From Isurus oxyrinchus (Eukaryota), in assembly GCA_026770705.1 (NCBI GenBank), contig JANJGN010000290.1:248001-312000 (forward strand): 64,000 bases of DNA, given 5' to 3'. Positions within the stretch are counted from its first letter, which is position 1. Every line of letters starts with the position of its first letter. Both the position numbers and the translations under genes were made by a program. The notes below the pieces were generated by a model. That model was not told where the DNA came from. It searched no databases and worked only from the letters and a program-made list of their open reading frames with translations. Shown piece after piece: positions 37,320-50,693 of the stretch.

Positions 37320-39590
37320 TTAATATCTCACCTGAAAAAATAGAATCTTCAAAGTTTTGAAAGCCCAGTGCAGGTGAAAGTTTTCAATTCGCACAAATGA
37401 ACAATAATATTTGCAGCGAAGAAGTGGGATGCAATTCAGAACTTTGCTTTGTAAACTCTGGTCAGTGTTGGGCTTGTGACTTGGTTATTTAAAACGCTTC
37501 TTTAATACACATGAGATACTCTGTTAAAATGTCAGTGGCACCTTTATCCTTTCAGTCAATGCATGGTTTTAAATTTAACCAATGACGTCCTGAAATACAG
37601 TAGGCAATTAGGAGCCGATGTAATGAAGCCAAACAGGATCACCGTTTCCTTGGGAGGTTCAAGTGGAAGGAACAATTTGAAATATTGCCGGCGAAAGTGA
37701 TGAGCGAGAGTTGAATTTTTTGCGTCACTGCATGTTCGCCAGGAATGAATGAGGAGGGATACGTGTTGCAGTCCTTTTTGATGAGACCCTTGGGTTGACA
37801 CTTTCTTCAGCCCGACACTTTGTGATTTGCACAATGTATAGCGTTACTCCGAATGAGCTTCGTGGTTTTCAGTGTGACGGTGTCACCGGTTCCCACAACA
37901 AGCACCATATGATTTTTTTAATCCACTTGAGAAATCTACCTCTGTGCCTTTTGTAGCTTCCCACTCCAATTATATCTTACCAAAACCAACGAATACTGCA
38001 AAGGTTTAAAGGTCCAGCGCAGATGCCTGGGCAACAGGAGTTGTCAAATCATACATTGCTGGTAAGGAACGAGTATTTGGTTCCAATTAGAATAACTGTG
38101 AAATGAAGCCAAAGGGAGGCTGCCGGTCTGCCTCTGAGGGGAATTCGCTGCAGAGGATGAAGTACCTAACAGGAAAATTGAACAATAGCTTGTGATATCT
38201 CTTGTTCGACAGTGATGGGGAGTAGAGGCCGAGTAGCTCTAGAGAGCTCTGCAGCGCATCAGACACACAAGCTGAGGGTCCAGGCTTGAAGTCCCAGTCT
38301 GTGGGTTGCCTTTTGGATCAAGCTGTTGATTCCAAGTGAAACGACAAAAGACAGAACAATGGACGCTGACATCTTCAAGGAGAACTGAAGTTACGTTTCG
38401 TTTATTTCCAAGGAAAGATCCACCCTCTCGAAACTGGGGTAGCCTCGATCAATTTATGAATTGTTACTGGGATTCCTGATGCTCCAAGTGTGATAAGTGC
38501 TTCCTGAAATATCCGTTATTTGGCACAATCATTGTGGACCTGTGGCAAAACAAAATGTTAAAATTCAATCCCGTTCTTGCCACCAGAGGAAAAGACTTCT
38601 CTGCGTTTAACCTAACAATTCATTTTAACAGGTTAAAAACTTCAACCAGATCACGCTTCATCCTCCTGTAATCAAGGGAACAGAAAAAAATATGAATCCC
38701 TGAAAGTAGAAGAAAAATTGTGCAGGGTTGGAGGGAAGTCGGGGGGATTGACAGTGGGCGAATTTCTCCCTCAAAGAGCCAGTACAAGCAGGATAGGGCA
38801 AATGGCCTCTCGCTGTTCTGTATACATTCTATGTTTATTCCAATCTAGGATGATGAATCCTTAACTCCAAAAAACCCTAATGAATTCGGGAATCGCACTC
38901 GTGAATCAGCACCGCTTCCATTCCAAGCTCAGTATAATCCTGGTGTTCCCTCTGAGCGGTGTCTGTAAGAAAATGAGAAAACGGAGCAGGTGTATCATGT
39001 GTCTCACGTCTTTTTAAACATTCCAGAACTTTCTGTTTGGATATCCGTTTCAATTGCTCCTTTCTGAAAATTCTCAGTTCGTGCTGCTCTACAGCCCCAT
39101 AGCAAATGAATAATTCCAAACGAGTTTGCTGCAAAATAATCAAACACAGTTCAAAACAGGGCTGGGTGATGTTGCTTGTAACTTAGCGCCGCGGATCGTT
39201 TCGTACATTTCATATTACTGACTGTTTAAAGTTCGGTTCTCAATAACGCGGTTATTTATTTCAAATTAATTAGGTAAAGAGCTGAACATTTTCAAGTCGG
39301 GAGGAAGCATATAGAATGACGTGCAAATATAAAGAAGCACAATAGGGTCGAAATTCTCTTCGAAGCGAACATGCACCCTTGTTCTTAAGAATTGCTCCCT
39401 CTTCTTTTAATCCTAATGAACTTGTGGGTTTGCACTGTTACCCGAATGATAACCGGTTCGGGGTTATTGCAAAAGTTATGCAGTGGATGCCATTTTCTTT
39501 TCCTGTTAGACCTTTATCCGCCGCTCACACTTAAAAAAAAACGATATTACGGGTACATTTACGAAAGCCTTAAGAGATTTCAGAGGTAAA
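37320..39590 (+). repeat. Segmental duplication unit, copy B (tandem, 3'-truncated)
   Basis: Collinear with 34131-36375; clearly diverged, with many substitutions and indels. Confidence 0.9.
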
Positions 39591-40625
39591 GGGTGAATGG
39601 GAGAATAGACTAGCAGATGTTTTTTTTTCTATGGATATAAATATAAAAGGTTTCAAAAACAGTAATTGGCCGAATAGGGACTAAAACGGAATTTCACGCC
39701 TGGAACCAGATGATTATACCGTGTTTGCCAAGAAAGAAAAACACGGCCAAAGGCAGAGTGAAACTCGAGGTAGTTGTGAAATTGGATGCTTGACAATTGT
39801 AGAAAGAGGCGGCAATATAAACCTGGCTTTTCTTAAATGTTGATAATTCACCTGGATTGGTTCAGGGGCAGGGTGTTGAGGAAAGAAAGTTTGGAAATTG
39901 TGGAGGGTAGTGGGCCGCAAATTTCCAATCCTGCTTAGTTATAACGGACGATGCTAGAGAATTTTAGAATTGCAAATGATATACCATTCTTCACAAAATT
40001 TAACTAATTATCATTTTGTAAACCACACACGCACCAATTTAAACTCAAGTGGAGGAAGAGCTTTTGGAAACGATATCCAGAGACAAAATGTATTACCACA
40101 TGGATAAGAGCGGATTCTTTACGGAAAACATGCCTGAATGTGTTAAAAGCAGATTGCGTTCAGTTAGCTTGATTGTTTTGGGAAGAAGACTGTCAGTGGA
40201 GCATAGGTACAAAGTCAGCTGAACGGGAGGAAATGAAGAGCCGCGGTGAATTGCTATATAATGGGATTCTCCAGCCATCAGCAGTGTCATTGATGCTGTT
40301 TTTTCTTCAACATAGGACCGAGGCGTCAACGTGGAGGGCACCATTTCAAAATGTGCGGATGACGCAAAACTCAGAAGTGTAAAATTCAGAGGAGGATAAT
40401 AATAAACTTCCAGAGGACACAGGTAGGCTGATGGAACAGATGCCATGAACTGATATTTAATGCGGAGAATAGTGAAGTTGTACATTTTTTCAGGTAGAGC
40501 GAGGAAAGGTGATATAAGCTATACTAGTCAATGCTAAATGAGATACAGGATCTGAGGGGGCTGGAGAAATGGCTGCACCAACCATTGAAGTTGGCAGCGC
40601 ATGTCGGGACGTTAGTTAAATTAGT
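39590..40625 (+). mobile_element. Old CR1 fragments (endonuclease end and RT)
   Basis: Decayed CR1 blocks including KSCL..L..F.EE (~40130-40190) and ISK.ADDAKL (~40340-40375). Confidence 0.6.
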
Positions 40626-41429
40626 GACAGGTGATTCAGCGCAAAATCAAGTGGGTCCACCGACTGTGCGTTGGATTTTCAATTCACTCCCAGCATTCGG
40701 CGGAGTTGCAAGGTGAGGGAACTGGATGATCTTTCTACCTGGCTTTCAGTCAGAGATTTGTTGTGTTTATGGCAAATATAGTAACAACTAAACTGCAGGA
40801 AAAAGAATCCAACCATAGTCGTCATGCATGCGTTGATCTCAGGGACAGTCGCTTGCAGAAACGCTTGACAGAAGAGAAGACAACACTCTGGAGAGTTCTC
40901 CCTGCTTTTCTCTAGTATTTGCGCTGTGCTGAGTGCTCTTTATAAGAAGTGAAACCGAATTAAATTTAATTCAAAAACGTTATACGGGGAAAGCATTAGT
41001 TTCTGAGTCAGTGAATTATTTGTCGCCGACAAATTTCTGGGCTGTGACGTACCCTGTTGGACGACACTTGTAAAGTACATGATTTTAGTGCCTCCAGCTG
41101 AACAGTCGATGCAGAGCCAGTCATTAAGGGTGTGGGGAGTACACAAAGAGCAGATATTTCAGGCACCAAATGAGCAATGGGCGTATTTCTTAGGTGGTGA
41201 GAAACAGGGGAACAAATTGATGCAAAAAGATTTGGGTCTTCAGGTGCACCGCTCACTATCCGCCAGTGCACATGTACAAACAATCATTTTAACATCTCAA
41301 CTTCCAGGCTGTCATATCCGAAATACCATTCATTCCAATAGATATTTACACAACTGCCTTGAATTTGCTGCTTCACGGATCTATGCAACAGGCACAAAAA
41401 CTACAATGGAGTTTTGTAATGCAATGTCG

Positions 41430-43170
41430 TGAATTACATAGCATCATTTTGCTGTAAACATGATTGTACACCACTTCTGGTATCGCAAACATATTAGGAA
41501 TTCTTTATAAGTGATGGCGCTGTTTGACGGTGCGAATTGAGAATTCTCAGGTTGGTACAATTGAGGCAGCAGATCAGCCTGAAAGTTCGTGATTTTTTGT
41601 GAAGCCGTGAAACACATAACACATCTGCCTCTATTTCTCATATTCTTACAGGCGCTGCTCAAATCACCAGGATTACATTGGCACTGGATTGGAAGCAATG
41701 CTGATTCCGGAGTTTAGTTGGTCACTTTAGGAGTTCAGCTCTCATAATCTTAGATTTATATAATTACAAGGAGGGTAAAGCAGAGAAGGTGCCCGTCCTG
41801 TCTTTGCTGGCTTGCTGAAGGAAACATTCACCTAGTGTCGTTCTCTGCATCTTTTCTCCCCCCTTTTCAGGGATGCTACCTGTTTCTGATCTCTTGCGAA
41901 GGGTGGTCTGATCGGGGTTTCTACCCTGTTAGAATCTAGTGTCAGATTAAATTGGGAGAAACTGCATCTGCCGGCGGGACAAATGGAGTTGAATCAGCAC
42001 ATAAAGCTGGCACGGATTCACAGCGCCAGTGTTTCGGCCCACCAAGGGAAAAGTCCAGAAGAATTTATCACAGTTAAAGCAGCTGGGAATCTAGAAATAA
42101 TTCCTAAAAATGATCGCGGACGCTGAAATTTCGAGAAAAAAATCTATATTTTTTGCAAACCGATTAAACATATCCATCTCTTCTGTTCTCTTGAAAAAGT
42201 CAGCATTCTTTGAGTGGGCTTGGGGAAGATGTTTCCATTAGGAGGGGAGACTAGGGCCCGAGGGCACAGCCTCAGAGTAAAGGGAAGACCTTTTAGAAGA
42301 GAAATGAGGAGAAACTTCTTTAGCCAGAGAGCGGTGTATCTATGGAATTCATTGCCATAGAAGGCAGTGGAGGCCAGGTCATTGAGTGTATTTAAGACCG
42401 AGATAGATAGGTTCTTGATTGGTAAGGGGATCAAAGCTTACGTGGAGAAGGCGGGAGAATGGGGTTGAGAAACTTATCAGTCATGATTGAATGGTGGAGC
42501 AGACTCGATGAGCCGATTGGCCTAATTTCTGCTCCTATGTCTTATGGTCTTATGGTTCTTGCTTTTGTAAACTGTCATTTCACTGGGACTAAGCCATTTA
42601 ACCCAAAAGGCTGCACTTGGACTAGGTCTAGAGCAATGGGCCCTCAGAATAAATGTCTGATGCTCTACTGACACAACTGTTCAGTCTGTATTGAACATGT
42701 TTCCCATCGCTGCCTTCACTGTCTAACAAGTGCCTTCACAGCGTTTATATTTTTCCCATTTCTTTCTTTGGTAATCTCTGCCTGCAGCGCATTTCCCTCA
42801 CAGACAGACCGGCAGCCTCCCTTTGGCTTCATTTCACAAATCTTCCAACTTGCATCAACTATCCATTTTAACCAGTGGAGTGTGACGCAACAATTGTTAT
42901 CCTGGTCTGTGCACTGGACCTTCAAAGCCTTGAAGGGTGTATTTAATTCAGGGAGCTATTATGTTGCAGAAATTGAAAACGGAAGCTCCAAAGGCACAGA
43001 GATGGATTTCTCAGTGTGTAATCCATTTATTATGGTGTTTGTTTGGGCAAAGTGTGATACTATTCCCTTGAAAGCAATACAGCTCATTCGGAATAACGTT
43101 TAAATTGTGTGAATCACTAAGTTTAGGGAAGTAAATGTATCTGCCAACCCCAGACCATCATTAAAACGAT
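41430..43170 (-). repeat. Segmental duplication unit, inverted partial copy D
   Basis: Minus strand gives ..NMRNRGRCVMCFTASQ (cf. NNMRNRDRCVMCLTASQ at 35735+); CAGACCGGCAGCCTCCCTTTGGCTTCATTT at ~42805 is the reverse complement of the 34895/38100 anchor. Confidence 0.85.
42205..42557 (+). mobile_element. Young 5'-truncated CR1 3' end
   Basis: GKMFPLGGETRARGHSLRVKGRPFRREMRRNFFSQR..LWNSLP, then 3' UTR ending in the (CTTATGGT)n octamer tail. Confidence 0.93.
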
Positions 43171-44089
43171 CCACCATTTAACCCTACCCACTCTTTCTTG
43201 CATAACGTGCAGTAACATAAATCAGTGAATCTCTTCCCTTGGTCTGCTAAACCTGTAATAAAACAAAGTGCTTCCTTAAGTCAACACCTCTAAATGTAAT
43301 GTTGGTCCATTCAGGCTTCTTAATATCGGCACATAAACGCAAAATTTTTTTTCGGACGTTGTTACGTTGATGTAACCTTCATAACATCTGCCTCCATGTT
43401 ATTTCTTACTGGGTTTAACAAGTTTGGTTTCGTCACGTTTCTATCTTTGCCCCTTCATATTACATTTGGGCGGTTGCTATGCAACCAATCACAACCCCAT
43501 CTGGACAAACGTTTTGATTCTTCACCATAACCATTACAACTCTCTGTGGATGTTGCATCAAGAAACATGTTCTCCCCTTCCCTCCACCATCACAGACATT
43601 CGCCTTTGTACCTCCTGCCCTTTCCTGCTCTCCACGATTTTAATACTTGGTATATTTCTATCTTTCTTCATTTCTGATGATAAGTCATCGGCCTGCACAT
43701 TTCACTCTGATACCTCCACTGGTGCCCCCGACCGCTGAGGATTTCCAGGATTTGTTTTTAAATATTCCCAGCAATCATGCTGCATTGATTTATTATCAGA
43801 AAGGTCGGTGGAATGAGATTCAATCTGAATTTAAAAATAACTAATTTACAGGGTGACTTGGAAACTTGATTGTGGAACAAAATTGGCAGCTTTTTCCAAG
43901 AACAGGCACGGAGTTGATTGGCTGTCAGGCCTCCTTCTGAGCTGCAAGATTTGATGAATCACGGCTTTAATTTCTGCGTTGACCGGGAGATTAGAAAATA
44001 GCTGAACACGTGAAGGTGATGAACGAACGGTTCCAGGTAATTGTCTGATGTTTTCTACCGAACATGTAACACATGTAAGTGGATTTCAA

Positions 44090-44781
44090 GCACAACATAG
44101 GTCTACAAATTCCTGCTATATTAACTCCTAAAACCCTTAATTAACCTCGCTTCCACTTACACTCCCGTTAAGGAAATAGTAAAAATAAATATATTTAAAC
44201 TGACCCTAGCAAGTCGACACAATACCCTGGGCAGAAGTATTCAAAGTGGCAATTCCAAGCTTCGGTCTGTGTAGACAGCAGGCTTAATGCACAAATGCTG
44301 AAGGCTGTTTACACTTCCAGTCGACCTTAGAATGCCTTCCCTGTCATCGTTCTCCTTTATACCTGTTTGTACTTTTTAATGTGAGCCCCATTGTTCCCAG
44401 GTGTCTTTGGAACTTTACCTTTCTCGTAATATAAATCATATTGCTAATTATAGTGCTAATATTTTCTGGAACCGTTGGGAAAAAATAAACATGCTGATTG
44501 GTTGCCTTCTCTGGCTAGGTGTAACATCCAACTTTCTCACTGAAATTTAAACTATTGTGATTTAACTGCAAATTCTGCTCAGCTCACATTCTAAGACGTC
44601 AGCCATGCTTTCCCATTTAGCATTTAAAACCTAGCTTCATTGATGAGTTCAAGCCTCCAGACAAGCTGTCTCCAATTCAATTACATCCCCCACACACTCA
44701 GAGAAACTAATCAAATCCCACTATTACCAACTTTTACAATAAATCACGATAATGTGATGAGAATTATGGTACGTTCGTGAC
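44090..44781. mobile_element. Partial LTR-like sequence
   Basis: CAC.CCC.TTAAGGAAA.AGT block shared with ~9700-9725; ends in TTCGTGACA. Confidence 0.4.
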
Positions 44782-45508
44782 ATCAGGAATTCCGTCCCTT
44801 AAGCTCTGAGCCCCTTTAACGCTCTCTACTTTCAAACACTCGTTCAAATCTACCTATTTGGTCAGACAGTTCGTCATTTTCCTAAATAGCTCCATGTGAA
44901 GCTTGGTTTTAAATGTTGACATATAACGCTCCTTTCAAGCACATTGGCAAGAGGAGGGGTGTGGATTGTTATTTTGTGAAATGCAACAGATACATTGAAG
45001 ATTCTGCTGTGTTGTTCAGTTCAGCGGGCTTCAAAATTAAATTGTGTGGATCTGTTAAAAGTTAATATATCTCTCCTGTCAGAGCTCGGGTTGTGGAATA
45101 TTGATGAGGGTCACTGCTCAATCTGGGATGACGAGTTTTGTCTAACGTTGGCTCCCATTTTTAGCAACAGATACCACAGGATATCCACGTTCATCATGCC
45201 GGACCTCCACCCTCGATTTGTAATTTGGTAATTTCCATGAGGTGACCAGGAATGCACACAGTACTCAAATTGTGGCCTAACTAATAATTGATAAAGTACC
45301 TCCATAACCTCCCTGTTACTATGTGTTATGCCTCGTCTAATAAGCGAAATGTGTCTACTTGACTTCTTAAACAACTCATTGGCCTTTCAAGTAACATTCG
45401 GGAATCTGTAGAGATTCGATCCAATGTCCATCACTTCCTCTATACCTCCCAATACTCTCGTCATTATTGTGTATTCCCTTCGACTTGTTTGAGCTCCTCA
45501 GCTTTATT

Positions 45509-46432
45509 GGTCTAAATAGCCAAGTGGTTATGGTACTGGGTTTGTAACCTCAAGATCAAGAATTCAACTCACACAATGGTAAACTATGAAACAATGTAAC
45601 TTCATCTGAATAGGAACAGATGGAAATGTGTTTGTACTCGAAAGAGTTACATCTGCTTTTTAGGTTTGGCCTATATATCCATGTGCTTGTGGTACTGGGC
45701 ATGTAACCCCAAGGTCAAGAGTTCAAGTCTCACCATGGCAAATTATGAAAGAGTGTAACTTTCCCGTATAATAAGAGGATGCATAGGTTCACAGACTTTC
45801 AGGACACGTTCCCTTTTTGCGGTCTTGTGGAGTCGGTGGACCATGCATATATAGGGTGTTGTAGGCTGCACTCCCTTTTTAGTTATTTGAAAAACCTTTT
45901 ATTGATGTTTTGTTTGCAAATCAGCCCCATGCTCCTGATCTATGGGCACCCGGTGCGGAAGGGGGTCGGGAAGGAGGAGGACCTCCTCGTGAACCTGCTC
46001 CTGGGCCTGGCCAAGTTGGCCATGAACATGTCCAGGCAGCGGGCAATCGACGGAGGAGTCCCGCCCGATTGTTTGTCCCTCTTCCGCAGCTACGTTCGCT
46101 GCTGGATGTCCCTGGAGATGGAGCACGCGGTGTCTGCTGACACGCTCGAGGCCTTCCATGCTCAGTGGGCACTGCGGGGACTGGGGTGTTTTGTTGACTC
46201 CTTTAATCACATTTTGATTTAAAGTTTGTAAGGTTCCTTTAAATTTTGTCCTTGGTTTTACAGCTGACCTGAATTAGGAGCTGTGCCTGATTTATCCCAA
46301 TTTTGTTGATTAAGTTCAATTGGTTTCATTTAAAAGATTAGCAAGAGTTCAAGTCTCACAATGGCAAATTATGAAACAATGTAACTTCATCTGAAACAGA
46401 TGGAAACGAGTTTATACTCGAAAGGGTTTTCC
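45509..46432 (+). mobile_element. Tandem pair of tRNA-Thr(TGT)-derived SINE-like units with 10-bp target-site duplication
   Basis: Units start at 45509 and 45668 (GGTCTAAATAGCCAAGTGGTTATGGTACTGGGTTTGTAA.. resembles Thr-TGT). The block is flanked by CAGCTTTATT at 45499-45508 and 46433-46442. Confidence 0.75.
45762..46341 (+). mobile_element. 5'-truncated Tx1-clade (L1 group) retrotransposon
   Basis: ORF 45779-46222: (C)PFCGLVESVDHAYIGC zinc knuckle, then LLVNLLLGLAKLA..SR...DCLSLFRSYV...LE...F...W, typical of the Tx1 ORF2 C-terminus; T-rich 3' UTR. Confidence 0.85.
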
Positions 46433-46894
46433 CAGCTTTATTACGTCGCTCTCCCCCGGTTTGAATTCCATTTGGCACTTTTCTGACCATCTAACCAGTC
46501 AATTGATAACTTCCTGCTTTCAAACCTCCTCACTATCAAACACAACCACTGTTCTCGTTGCTTGACAACTTCATGGAGATTCCCCCTATATATTTTGCCA
46601 AATAGCTAATATGTGCCATGAAGAGCACGGCTAAATATGCATGTGGCTTTTTTTCAGGAGAGAAATCTGGTTCGTACAAATCCATCTCCCAAACAGCCCG
46701 AACGCTGATGTTTTCAGGATTCACCTCGGTGCTCGGGCTCTCTTTAAAATGTAAGTTCTCCGTTCGCTCTGTCATACAGCCTGATAAACAATTCCCAATG
46801 ATGTTTGCAGCAAAACAGTGCAACGGATTGGAAAATTTTGCATTTTAATTGCCCATTGGTGACACATAACAACCTGGGCTCAGAAATTAATGCC

Positions 46895-48970
46895 GCTCTG
46901 GTCTAATTCCAACCAATCTCGAACGCTTCGTTATGAAGGCAGCCAGAAGAGGGTAAACGCGAGTCAAAACAAGAGTGAGCTCCCCCCACAATGTTGCTCT
47001 GGGCTTGGGAAGCGGCGCTGTTGCATAACTGTTAATCAGGTAAATATATCAATCACAGGGGCAGTTGGCCTGTTACTTACCACTTTCCCAAGTTGCTCTG
47101 ATCGCCTCAAGTCATCGATTAAGGGCCAGGTGGAAATATATTTCAGTTCCCTGACATTGCAACTCCCCTGAATGATAGCATCAAATGTAAATTTCAACAG
47201 GCATTCGGTAATTTCTCGTTTAAGCCACCGTCTTGCATTTACCATGAAATCCATAAGCTTCAATTCCAAAATCCTGGAGATACGGCAACATTTCGACACT
47301 ATTTTTACTTCAGTATTTGAAGTGCTTATTCTTATTAAATTTAGCATCGTCCTTAAGGCAGTTGTGAATGAACAACTTGCACTGGTCATGCGCGACATGC
47401 CCATTATCCCAAGAAATAAATAGAAAAGAGATTGCATAGATATCAGCCTATTGATGACGGGAGATTTTGCAGCCGAAGGTTTGCTTTGGACAGATTATTT
47501 TCATCATTGACAAGAAGGAGAAGTTATCTGGCTGAACAGCTTTTTTGAGGGTCGGATCATTTAGCAGCTCTGGGAGAAACATACACTCACAGCTCGCTGG
47601 TAATCTGAAGTTTCAACTGGACAAACAGGAGAGTTCCAGACTGTGCACAATCAATCAGCAAGGAATAATGCTGAATCCTCCACTCACTGCCAGTTGAATT
47701 TGAAAACCAGATACTAGACTAAATCCTTCAGCTGGCCGGTTAGCTCAGCTGGTTAGAGCGTGGTGCTAATAACGCCAAGGTCGCGGGTTCGATCCCCGTA
47801 CGGGCCATGAGTTTTATTCGACTTCGAAGGAATTATTCACAGCCCTCTGCACGACAACAACAACTCGCTTCGCAAAAATTTCACGCAAATACTGCATCTG
47901 TCAGCAAAGTTACCAAATTTCTCAATAGTTAGTCAGATGCTGGCCAGGCCAAAAAGGCATTTGCTGCTTCGAGATGTCTTTTTAAAAAGCAGCACAATAT
48001 ACTCCTAATTTGTTGTTAATTATTCTCAAACATGACCGGAACGAAGTAAAATACTGATCTGCGCAACGTCTACTTCATTGCTGAGCTACGTGTAAGCAAC
48101 GGATAAACTAGGTCGCTGAGAAACCAATGTTTTCCCGTCTAACTTGTCGTAATTCCAATCTCTGTCTGACAATGTAGCCACGAAGGCACCCAACAGAGGG
48201 TAAACCCAACGCAAAATAACTGGGAGGTCTCCCCACGGTTTAGTAGCTTTGCTGTATGACTGTTCCTGGGATAGATTTGTAAATCACCAAGGGCAGTCGG
48301 CCTGTTATTTGTTCTCTCATTTACTGGTTCCGCAACTTGCTCTAATCGCCTAAAGCCGCTTACTGAGAGCCAGGTGGAAATATATTTCAGTTTCCTGCTC
48401 TTGCAACTTCCCCGACCTTTACTACCAAATTTAAAATTCAACAGGCACTCGGTCATTTCTTGCTAAAGAACCCGTCATAATTCGTAAACACTGTGACTTC
48501 TCATTCGCAATTCACTTCCAATTGCAAGCTTCACTTGCATCAACCAGAGGACAGGGCAACATATCAAAACTAATTTTACTTCAATGTTTGAAGTTCTTTC
48601 ACTGTGTCAATGTAGCAATCCTTCTCAAGACAATTTCGGATGAGCAACTTATACTGGTCGTGGATGCATATCCATATCTCATGAAATAAATAGAAAAAGG
48701 GTGATTGGATAAGATGTCAGCCTGCTAATGACGAGAGGTTTTTCAGCTTGACGTTTGCTTTCAGCGGAATATTTTCAACATTTAGAGGGGGAGCGTTGAA
48801 GTTGCTGAGCACCCTTGTGAAGATCGGAACAATGCGGTAGCTCTGGGGAAAACTCATTCCCTTCCAGCTCGCTGGTAACCTGGAGCTTTCAATTTACAAA
48901 TACGGTAGTTCCAACGTTCCAGCTGGTGCGCGGTCAGTCAGCAAGGACTGAGGGTCGATGGTCCTTGGGT
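46895..48970 (+). repeat. ~0.8-kb direct duplication (46895-47690 and 48140-48970) bracketing tRNA-Ile
   Basis: Shared GCCAGGTGGAAATATATTTCAGTT, TTCAACAGGCA.TCGGT.ATTTCT, GAAATAAATAGAAAA and CAGCTCGCTGGTAA.CTG. Confidence 0.88.
47734..47807 (+). tRNA. tRNA-Ile(AAT), intact
   Basis: GGCCGGTTAGCTCAGCTGGTTAGAGCGTGGTGCTAATAACGCCAAGGTCGCGGGTTCGATCCCCGTACGGGCCA; full cloverleaf, A and B boxes, TTTT terminator at 47812-47815. Confidence 0.98.
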
Positions 48971-50693
48971 CATTGTTCAGTAACATTCCAGACACAGAAT
49001 CCGAGTGACCCCCGCCCCCTGCTGCCTTGATACTGTGTCAAAGAAGTTTACTGGAAGGATATTGAGCGTATATTGTTTTCATGCTTTGAAAAAGTGTCTG
49101 TAAGTATGATAGGAAAGAATCATGGTGCATAATTCTCAGTCGGAACACATCTGAACATTCCCTCTACATACTGTGATAATTATCTGGCTGTCGCTATTAC
49201 TGATCTCGATTCCCTCTTTCATACGGAAAACCTATTGACAATCATGATTCTCGCCTGAAGAAACTCCGGCCTTTCCAAATGTATCTCTGTCAGTATGGTG
49301 TCTGGCAAAAACAGATCTACTGATCATGTTCTTCATATATTAGACTATCAAACTTTCAGCAAAGTCTAACACATTCATTCCTCTGCAACACTGTCATTGT
49401 TATGGCAGTACCAAACTTTAAATGGAGCAGGCACTCCGTCATTTCGCGCTGAAGCTCCCGTCATAAATTGACATTGAAGTGGCCGCCTTACTTCTCATTC
49501 GCAATTTAGCTCCATTTCCAATCTTCAATTGTCACTGTCACTGTCAACGATTTATGGCCAGAATTTTAAAGCAAACTATGTCACTGTGAAAACTGCTACA
49601 GTGACCATAACAGCGGTCTCTGTGCTGATCTATGGGGAGAATTTGCCATTTCGGTTGCCTAGGAACACAAATGTTCATTTATCAGCAACTGAACAAACTG
49701 CGAAAGGGGTGATCAACAAACTGATCATTAACAATGTTCACTAGGATTCCCGCCTTGGCGCGGAATTTGTTTCCATCGTCTTCCGGGGTAGCGGACTTTT
49801 CGCATGTATTCAGGTGAAGTTCCAGGCCGCAGAATTTTGGATAAGCATAGGTATATATGGGGTAGAAGACGGGAGGCTGGCCAGGTGAACACTGGAATAG
49901 TCGAGCCGAGATTGCACAAAGGCATGGATGAGGGTTTCAGCAGCAGATGAGCTGAGGCAGGGTCACAGTTGGCCGATCTTTAGGATGTCCAGGTACAGTG
50001 TGTTCATCTGATAACAGCCTGTCAGTCTGTCTAATATCATGCAGTTTTATCAGAGACGTTAGGGGTAAAATGGATACAGTGTCAGCCATTATTGTTCAAT
50101 ATTAAGATTGTCATTGCATCTGTATCTCTGAAACATTATGTCACTGCGGGACTTTTCACATTTCACTGCAATCAGAAGCTGAACAAAATGTCCCAGACTG
50201 TGGCCAAGCAGTGAGAGCCTTTCAAGCTGAAATTTGCTCCTTTAAGTGGCCCAATTGGGATCATTCCCTGCAGGTATTTCCTGTCATGCACCATTCATAT
50301 CCATCTCTCCTGGCACTGGTTTCAGTGGGAGGGATGAAGAGTCAGTGAACAGAGCGGAATGTCAGAGTTGTTCTGTTCCTGACTCTCCCTCTCTCGGTAG
50401 TTTTTTGAGGTCTCGGTCTCCCAGGGAATGTGTTGTTCCCGATTCCGCCCGATTAGCGTCTTTTAACACTGAGTGAACTGACAGCTGTCAGTAACTACAG
50501 TATCCGGATCCTGGTAAGTTCATTGTGGTTCAGTGTTTAGAAAACACAATAACAAGCAAAGGTCATGGAAACTATCATAACTCAGATTCAGTAGGGGATC
50601 AGACATGTGGGCAATGTGCGCTGTCTACCTTCTGATTCAGGTTCCTGAATGATACTGAAAAAGACATGATATCTGTTGCATTGTTGCTGTTAT

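Larger units (their letters stand above)
45200..46570 (-). mobile_element. CR1 RT fragment split by a SINE/Tx1 composite insertion
   Basis: LYQLLVRPQFEYCVHSWSP (45111-45374). CR1 sequence resumes after 46443 (EWQMEF.P, KLSSNENSG). Confidence 0.8.

Noticed and set aside
47036-47437. 133-aa ORF with a paralogue at 48139-48456
   Set aside because: Product of the 0.8-kb duplication; the frame is not conserved along the copies and there is no recognisable domain.
50150-50517. Splice-like sites (CAG|GTATTT, CTG|GTAAGT)
   Set aside because: The implied intron is ~53 nt and there is no coherent reading frame.
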